Shown: piece by piece, positions 55,201 to 64,000 of the stretch
Layout: every line of letters begins with the position of its first letter
How positions within the stretch are numbered: the stretch's first letter is position 1
Assembly: GCF_009914755.1 (NCBI RefSeq)
Contig: NC_060929.1
Reading direction: 5' to 3' (one strand)
From: the human T2T-CHM13v2.0 reference genome, Homo sapiens
Length of the DNA: 64,000 bases
The notes under the pieces: model-generated
Database searches by the model: none
What the model was told of the DNA's origin: nothing
Seen by the model: the letters and a program-made list of their open reading frames with translations, nothing else
Position numbers and translations under genes: made by a program

Positions 55201-58200
55201 AGCACTCCAAATGAACACTTGCAGATTCTACAAAAAGTGTGTTTCTACGCTGCTCTATCAAAAGAAAGTTTCAAGTCTGTGAGTTGAAAGCACACATCAC
55301 AAAGCAGTTTCTGAGAATCCTTCCGTCTAGTTTGTATGTGAAGATATTTCCTTTTCAATCTTAGGCCTCAAATCGCTCCAAATATCAACTTGCAGATACT
55401 ACAAAAAGACTGTTTCAGAATTGCTCTCTTAAAAGGGAGGTTCATTTCTATGAGTTGAATGAACACATCACAAAGCAGTTTCTGAGAATGCTTTTATCTC
55501 GTTTGTATGTGAGGATATCACGTTTAAAAAGAATTCCTCAAAGAGCTCCAAATATCCACAAGCGGATTCTACAAAAGAAGTGTTTCAAAACTGCTCTATC
55601 AAAAGAAAGTTCAACTCTGTGAATTAAACACACACAACACTGAGGAGTTTCTGAGAATGCTTCTGTCTAGTTTTTATGTGAAGATATTTCTTGTTCCACC
55701 GTAGGCAAGAAATCGCTCCAAATGAACACTTACAGATTCTATAAAAAGTGCATTTCAACACTGCTCTATCAAAAGAAAGATTCAAGTCTGAGAGTTGAAT
55801 GCACACATCACAAAGAACTTTCTGAGAATGCTTGGGTCTACTTTGTATGTGAAGATACCCGTTTCCAACGAATTCCTCAAAGTGTTCCAAAAATCAACAA
55901 GCAGATTCTACAAAAGGAAAGTTTCAATACTGCTCTATCAAAAGACAGAATCAGCTCTGTTAGTTGAATGAATACATCTCAATGAAGTTCCTGAGAAAGC
56001 TTCTGTCTAGTTTTTATGTGAAGATTTTTCCTTTCCAACATAGGATTCAAAGCGCTCCAAATAAACACCTGCATTTCCTACAAAAGGACTGTTTCAAACT
56101 GCTGTATTAAAAGAACGGTTCCACTCTATGAGGTGAATGCACACATCAAAAAGCAGTTTCTGAGAATGCTTCTGTCTAGCTTTTATGTGAAGATATTTCC
56201 TTTTCCACTATAGGCCCCAAAGCGCTACAAATGAACACCTGCACATGCCACAAAAAGTATATGTCAACACTGCTGTATCAAAGGAACGTTCAACTATGTG
56301 AGTTGAATAAACACATCACAAAGAACTTTCTGAGAATTCTTCTGTATAGTTTTTATGTGAAGACACCCCTTTCCAAAGAATTCATCAAAAAGGTCCGAAT
56401 ATCCACAAGCAGATTCTATAAAAGGATTGTTACAATACTGCTCTACCAAAAGATAGATTCAAATCCATTGGTTGAATGCACACATGTCAAAGAAGTTCTT
56501 GAGAATGTTTCTGTCTAATTTTTATGTGAAGATATTTCCTTTTCCACCATAGGCTTCTAAGCGCTCCAAATGAACACTTGCAGATTTACAAAAAAGACTG
56601 TTTCAAAACTGCTGTATCAAAAGAAGGGTTCCACTCTGTGAGGTGAATGCACACATCACAAAGCAGTTTCTGAGAATGCTTCTGTCTAGTTTTTATGTGA
56701 AGATATGTGCTTTTCCAACATAGGCGACAATGTGCTTAAAATGAACACTTGCAGAGGCTACAAAAAGTGTGTTTCAACACTGCTCTATCAAAAGAAAGGT
56801 TCAAATCAGTGAGTTGAATGCACACATAAATAAGAACTTTCTGAGAATGCCTCTGTCTAGTTTGCATGGGAAATTATTCCATTTACAACGAATTCCACAA
56901 AGAGATCCAAATATCCACAAGCAGATTCTACAAAAGCAGTGTTTCAAAACTGCCCTAATAAAAGAAAGGTTAAACTCTGTGAATTGAACACACATATCAC
57001 AAAGTAGTTTCAGAGAATGCTTCTGCCTAGTTTTGATGTGAAGATATTTCTTTTTCCACCATAGACAACAAAGCTCTCCAAATGAACACTTGCAGATTCT
57101 ACAAACAGCGTGTTTCAACACTGCTCTATCAAAAGAAAGGTTCAAATCTGTAAGTTGAATGCACACATCACAAAGCAGTTTCTGAGAATGCTTCTGTCTA
57201 GTGTGTATGTGGAGATATTTCCTTTTCCATCTTAGGCCCCAAATCGCTGCAAATATACACTTACAGATATTACAAAAAGACTGTTTCAAAACTGCTCTCT
57301 GAAAAGGAAGGTTCACCTCTGTGAGATGAATGCTCACATCACAAAGCTGTTTCTAAGAATGCTTCTGTCTAGTCTGTATGTGAAGGTATTTCCTTTTCCA
57401 TCTGAGGCCTCAAATCACTACAAATGTCCACTTCCTGATAATACAAAAAGACTGCTTCAAAACCTTTCTCTCAAAAGGAAGTTTGAATTCTGTGAGTTGA
57501 AATCACACTTCACGAAGCAGTTTCTGAGAATGCTTCTGTCTAGTTTGTATGTGAAGATAACCCGTTTACAACAAATTCCTCAAAGAGCTCAAAATATCCA
57601 TAAGCAGATTCTAAAAAAGCAGTGTTTCAAAACTGCTCTATAGAAAGAAAGGTTCAAATCTGTGAAGTGAAAACAGACATCACAAAGGAGTTTCTGAGAA
57701 TGCCTCTGTCTAGTTTTTATGTGAAGATATTTCTTTTTCCACCATAGGCCACAAGGCGCTCCAAATGAACACTTGCAGATTCTACAAAAAGTGGGTTTCA
57801 ACACTGCTCTATCAAAAGAGAGGTTCAAGTCTGTGAGTTGAATACACACATCACAAAGCAGTTTCTGAGAATGCTTCTATCTAGTTTGTATGTAAAGATA
57901 ATTCCTTTTCCATGTTAGGCTTCAATCGCTCCAAATATTCAATTGCAGATACTACAAAAAGACTGTTTCAAAACTGCTCCCTCAAAAGGAAGTTTCCGGT
58001 CTGTGAGATGAATGCACACATCACAAAGCAGTTTCTCAGAATGCTTCTGTCTAGTTTTTATGTGAAGATATTTCTGTTTCCACCACAGGCAACAAAGCTC
58101 TCCAAATGAACACTTGCAGATTGTAGAAAAAGTGTGTTTCAACATTAGTATATCAAAAGAATGTTTCAAGTCTGTGAGTTGAATGCACACATTACAAAGA

Positions 58201-61200
58201 ACTTTCTGAGAATGCTTGGGTCTACTTTTTATGTGAAGATTCCCGTTTACAAAGAATTCCTCAAAGAGTTCCAAATATCCACAAGCAGATTCTACAAAAG
58301 GTGTGTTTCAATACTGCTCTCTCAAAAGACAAATTCAACTCTGTTAGTTGAGTGCACACATTTCAATGAAGATCCTGAGAATCCTTCTGTCTAGTTTTTA
58401 TGTGAAGATATTTCCTTTACCATCATAGGCCTCAAATCGCTCCAAATATACACTTGCAGATACTACAAAAAGACTGTTTCAAAACTGCTCTCTCAAAAGG
58501 AAAGTTCAACTCTGTGAGTTGAATGCACACATCACAGAGCAGTTTCTGAGAATGCTTCTGTCTAGTTTCTATGTGAAGATATCCCATTTACAGCGAATTC
58601 CTGAAAGAACTCCAAATATTCAAAAGCAGATTCTACAAAAGCAGTGCTTCAAAACTGCTCTATCAAAAGAAAGTTTCAACTCTGTGAATTGAAAGCACAC
58701 ACCACAAAGGAGTTTCTGAGAATGCTTCTCTCTAGTTTTTAAGTGAACATATTTCTTTTTCCACCTAAGGCAACGAAGCGCTTTAAATGAACACTTGCAG
58801 GTTCTACAAAAGGTGTGTTTCAACACTGCTCTATCTAAAGAAAGGTTCAAGCCTGTGGGTTGAATGCACACATCACAAAGCCGTTTCTGAGAATGCTTCT
58901 GTCTAGTTTGTATGTGAAGGTATTTCCTTTTCCATCTTAGGCCTCAAATCGCTGCTAATATCCACTTACAGATATTACAAAAAGACTGTTTCAAAACTGC
59001 TCTCTCAAAAGGAAAGTTCAACTCTGTGAGTTGAATGCAGACATCACAAAGCAGTTTCTAAGAATGCCTCTCTCTAGTTTGTTGTGTATTTAGCCCGTTT
59101 ACAACGAATTCCTCAAAGAGCTCCAAAAATCCACAAGCAGTTTCTACAAAAGAAGTGTTTCAAAACCGCTCTATCAAAAGAAAGGTTCAACTCTGTGAAT
59201 TGAACACACACATCACAAAGTAGATTCTGAGAATGCTTCTGTCTGGTTTTTATGTAAAGATATTTCTTTTTCCACCATAGGCAACAAAGCACTCAAAAAG
59301 AACACTTGCAGATTCTAAAAGACTGTGTTTCAACCCTCCACCATCAAAAGAAATTTTCAAGTCTGTGAGATGAATGCACACATCACAAAGCAGTTTCAGA
59401 GAATCCTTCTGTCTAGTTTGTATGTGAATATATCCCATTTACAAGGAATTCCTCAAAGAGCTCCAAATATCTACAAACAGATTCTACAAAAGGACTGTTT
59501 CAATACTGTTCTATCAAAAGACAGATTCAACTCTTTTAGTTGAATGCACACATCTCCAAGAAGTTCCTGATAATGCTTCTGTCTAGTTCTTATGTGAAGA
59601 TATTTCCATTTCCAACATAGGCTTCAAAGCGTTACACATGAACACTTGAAAATCATACAAAAAACTGTTTCAAAACTGCTCTATCAAAAGAACGGTTCCA
59701 CTCTCTGAGCTGAATGCACACATCACAAAGCAGTTAATGAGAATGTTTCGGCCTAGTGTTTATGTGAAGATATTCCTTTTTCCACCATAGGCAACAAAGC
59801 ACTCCAAATGAACACTTGCAGATTCTACAAAAAGTGTGTTTCAACACTGCTGTATCAAAAGAAATGTTCATGTCTGTGAGTTAAATGCATCCATCATAAG
59901 GCACTTTCTGAGAATGCTTCTGTCTAGTTTGTAGGTGAAGATATTTCCTTTTCAATCTTAGGCCTCACATCGCTCCTAATATCCACTTGCAGATACAACA
60001 AAAAGACTGTTTCAAAACTGCTTTCTCAAAAGCAAGGTTCAACACTGTGAGTTGAATGCACACTTCACAAAGCAGTTTCTGAGAATGCTTCTGTATATTT
60101 TGTATGTGAAGATATCCCATTTACAACGAATTCCTCAAAGAGCTCCAAATATCCACAAGCAGATTCTACAAAAGCAGTGCTTCAAAACTGCTATATCAAA
60201 AGAAAGGTTTAACTGTGAATTGAACACACACATCACAATTGAGTTTCTGAGAATCCTTCGGTCTAGTTTTTATGTGAAGATATTTCTTTTTCCAATATAG
60301 GCAACAAAGCACTGGAAATGAACACTTGCATATTATACAAAAAGTGTGTTTCAACACTGCTCTATACAAAGAAAGTTTCAAGTCTGTGAGTTGAATGCAC
60401 ACATCACAAAGCAGTTTCTGAGAATGCTTCTGTCTAACTTGTATGTGAAGATATTTCCTTTTCGATCTTAGGCCTCACATCGCTCCAAATATCCACATAC
60501 AGAAACTACAAAAAGACTGTTTCAAAATTGCTCTCTCAAAAGGAAGGTTCAACACTGTGAGTTGAATGCACATATCTCAAAGCAGTTTCTGAGAATGCTT
60601 CCGTCTAGTTTGTATGTCATGATATCCCGTTTACAATGAATTCCTCAAAGAGCTCCAAATATTCATAAGGAAATTCTACAAAAGCAGTGTATCAAAACTA
60701 TTCTATCAAAAGAAAGTTCAACTCTGTGAATTTGACACCCACTTCACAAAGGATTTTCTGACAATGCTTCTGTCTAATATTTATGTGAAGATATTTCTTT
60801 TTCAACCACAGGCAACAAAGCGTTCCAAATGAACACTTCCAGATTATACAGAAAGTGTGTTTCAACACTGCTCTATCAAAAGAATGGTTCAAGTCTGTGA
60901 GTTGAATGCTCACATCAGAAAGCAGTTTCTGAGAATGCTTCTGTCTAGTTTGTATGTGAAGATATCCCGTTTAAAACGAATTCCTCAAAGAACTCCAAAT
61001 ATCCTCAAGCAGATTCTACAAAAGCATTGTTTCAAAACTGCTCTATCAAAAGAAACTTTCAACACTCTGAACTGGACACACACTTCACAAAAGAGTTTCT
61101 GAGAATGTTTCTGTCTAGTTTTTATGTGAAGATATTTCTTTTTCCACCATAGGCAACAAAGCACTCCAAATGAACACTTGCATATACTACAAAAAGTGTT

Positions 61201-64000
61201 TTTCAACACTGCTCTATCAAAAGAAAGGTTCACGTCTGTGAGTTGAATGCACAAATCACAAAGAACTTTCTGAGAACGGTTGGGTCTACTTTTTATGTGA
61301 AGATACCCATTTCCAACGAATTCCTCAAAGAGTTCCAAATATCCACAAGCAGATTCTTCAAAAGGAATGTTTCCATACTGCTCTATCAAAAGACAGATTC
61401 ACCTCTGTTAGTTGAATGCACACATCTCAATGAAGTTCCTTAGAATGCTTCTGTCTAGTTTTTATGTGAAGACATTTCCTTTTCCACCATAGGCTTCAAA
61501 GCGCTCCAAATGAACACTTGCAGATCCTACAAAAAGACTGTTTGAAAACTGCTCAATCAAAAGAACGGTTCCTCTCTGTGAGGTGAATGCACACATCACA
61601 AAGCACTTTCTGAGAATGCTTCTCTCTAGTTTTGAAGTGAAGATATTTCCTTTTCCATCATAGGCCTCAAATCGCTCCAAAAATTCACTTGCAGATACTG
61701 CAAAATGACTGTTTCAAAACAGCTCTCTCAAAGGGAAGGTTCAACTCTGTGAGTTGAATGCCGACATCACAAAGCACTTTCTGAGAATGCTTCCATCTAC
61801 TTTGTATGTGAAGATATTTCCTTTTCCATCATAGGCCTAAAAACACTGCAAGTATCCACTTGCAGTTACCGCAAAAAGAGTGTTTCAACACTGCTCTCTC
61901 AAAAGGAAAATTGAATTCTGTGAGTTGAACGCACACATCACAAAGCAGTTTCTGAGAATGCTTCTGTCTAGTTTGTATATGAAGATATTTCCTCTTCCAT
62001 CTTAGGCCTCAAATCACTCCAAATATCCACTTGCAGATACTACAGAAAGACTGTTTCAAAACCTCTCTCTCAAAAGGAAAGTTCAACTGTGTGAGTTGAA
62101 TGCACACATCACAAAGTATTTTCTGAGAATTCTTCTGTCTAGTTTGTATGTGAGGATATCCCGTATACAACGAATTCCTCAAAGAGCTCCAAATAACCAC
62201 AAGCAGATCCTGCAAAAGCAGTGTTTCAAAACTGCTCTATCAAAAGAAAGTTTCAACTCTTTGAATTGGACACACAGATCACAAAGGCGAACAGATCTGA
62301 GAATGTCCTTTGAAAAGGACACACAGATCTGAGAATGCTTCTGTCTAGTATTTATGTGAAGATATTTCTTTATCCACCATAGGCAACAAATCGTTCCTAA
62401 GATCCACTTGCAGATACCACAAAAAGACAGTTTCAAAACTGTTCTCTCAAAGGGAAGGTTCAACTCTGTGAGGTGAATGCCCACATCACAAAGCATATTC
62501 TGAGAATGGCTCTGTCTACTTTGTATGTGAAGATACTTCCTTTTCCATCATAGACCACAAATCGCTCCAAATATCCACTTGCAGATACAACCAAAAGACA
62601 GTTTCAAAGCTGCCCTTTCAAAAGGAAGTTTCTACTCTGTGAGTTGAATGCACACATCACAAAGAAGTTTCTAAGAATGCTTCTGTCTAGTCTGTATGTG
62701 AAGATATCCCGTTTACAACGAATTCCTCAGAGAGCTCCAAATATCCACAAGCAGATTCTATAGAAGCAGTGTTTCAAAACTGCTCAATCAAAAGAAAGGT
62801 TCAATTCTTTGAATTAAAAACACACATCACAAAGGAGTTTCTGAAAATGCTTCTGTCTAGTTTTTGCGTGGAGATATTTCTTTTTCCACCATTGACAACA
62901 AAGTGCTCCAAATGAACACTTGCAGATTCTCCAAATGTGTGTTCCATCACTGCTCTATCAAAAGAAATGTTCAATACCGTGAGTTGAATGTACACAACAC
63001 AAACCTGTTTCTGAAAATGTTTCTGTCTAGTTTGTATGTGAAAGTATATCCTTTTCCACCCTAGGCCTCAAATGACTAAAAATATCCACTTGCAGATACT
63101 ACAAAAATATTGTTTCAAAATGGCTATCTCAAAAGGAAGGTACAACTCGGTTAGTTGAATGCACACATCACAAAGCAGTTTCTGAGAATGCTTTTGTCTA
63201 ATTAGTGTGAGAAGATATCCCGCTTACAACGAATTCTTAAAAGAGCTCCAAATATCCACAAGCAGATTCTACGAAATGAGTTTTTCAATACTGCTCTATC
63301 AAAAGACAGATTCAACTCCTATGGTTGAATGCACACATCTCATTAAAGTTCCTGAGAATGCTTCTGTCTAATTTTTATGTGAAGATATTTACTTTTCCAA
63401 CATAGGCTTCAAAGCGCTCCAAATCAGCACTTGCAGATCCTACAAAAAGACTGTTCTAAAACTGCTCTATCAAAAGAATGGTTCTACTCTGTGACCTGAG
63501 TGCACACATCACAAAGCAGTTTGTGAGAATGCTTCTGTCTATTTTGTATGGGAAGATATTTCCTTTTCCATCATAGGCCTCAAATCGCTCCAAATATACA
63601 CTTGCAGATCCTACAAAAAGACTGTCTCAAAACTCCTCTCTCAAAAGGAAGGTTCAATTCTGTGTGTTGAATGCACACAGCACAAAGCAGTTTCTCGGAC
63701 TGCTTCTGTCTAGTTTTTGCGTGAAGATACTTCTGTTTCCAGCATAGGCAAAAAACCTCTCCAAATGAACACTTGCAGATCCTACAAAAAGTGTGTTTCC
63801 TCACTGCTCTATCAAAAGAAAAGTTCAAGACTATGAGTTGAATGCGCACATTACAAACCAGTTTCCGACAATGCTTCTGTCTATTTTTTATGTGAAGATA
63901 TTTCCTTTTCCATCATAGGCCTCAAATCGCTCCAAATATCCACTTGCAGATTCTACAAAAAGACTGTTCCAAAACTGCTCTCTCAAAAGGAAGGTTCAAC
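49253..64000 (-). repeat. Alpha satellite layer 2, right part
   Basis: Same monomer types continue to the window end. Confidence 0.95.
53242..53301. repeat. 30-bp tandem duplication within a monomer
   Basis: AATGCTTCGGGCTAGTTTGTATGTGGAGAT is followed directly by AATGCTTCGGTCTAGTTTGTATGTGGAGAC. Confidence 0.9.

Noticed and set aside
1-64000. Hundreds of 60-208-aa ORFs with repeated motifs (…KRVFQNCS…VQLCEL…KKFLRMLLSS…) suggesting a repeat-protein family
   Set aside because: A 171-bp monomer is 57 codons, so frames persist across monomers. The ORFs occur on both strands with random stops and are simply translations of alpha satellite.
1-64000. CRISPR-like repeat/spacer array or a novel prokaryotic system
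   Set aside because: Whole monomers are homologous, there are no unique spacers and no cas-like genes, and the DNA is primate satellite with LINE-1.
1-64000. Active (live) centromeric HOR array
   Set aside because: Related units visibly differ by many substitutions and indels, monomer order is irregular, many CENP-B boxes are decayed, and older L1 copies are retained.
1-64000. Large strand inversion of the satellite
   Set aside because: I saw no forward-orientation monomers (CATTCTCAGAAAC). This was checked by eye only.
1-64000. Assignment to a specific chromosome
   Set aside because: The SF3-like island hints at chromosomes 1, 11, 17 or X, but this cannot be established without alignment.

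Overview
This is primate, most likely human, centromeric/pericentromeric DNA. About 96% of the window is ~171-bp alpha satellite, which reads throughout as the reverse complement of the conventional consensus (CACATCACAAAGAAGTTTCTGAGAATG). It is diverged rather than a homogeneous live higher-order repeat (HOR). Three satellite layers are visible. (1) 1-~18,430 is a mix of A-type (pJalpha box) and B-type (CENP-B box) monomers, SF5/R1R2-like, with traces of a ~10-mer. (2) ~6,640-9,070 is an SF3-like (W-type) island of about 14 monomers embedded in layer 1. (3) ~18,430-64,000 is a distinct A/B family built from five recurring monomer types in a degenerate pentameric order. Three 5'-truncated LINE-1 insertions with target-site duplications (TSDs) lie between 42.1 and 49.3 kb: a ~0.95-kb L1PA2/3-type copy, a ~90-bp copy carrying the L1HS-diagnostic G, and a ~1.2-kb twin-primed (5'-inverted) L1PA2/3-type copy. 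There are no real protein-coding genes: the ORF track is satellite translation noise plus dead L1 ORF2 fragments. I found no evidence of a novel gene system. The notable signals are satellite architecture, retrotransposition footprints and repair scars. All comparisons were made by eye, and family assignments rely on recalled consensus motifs.
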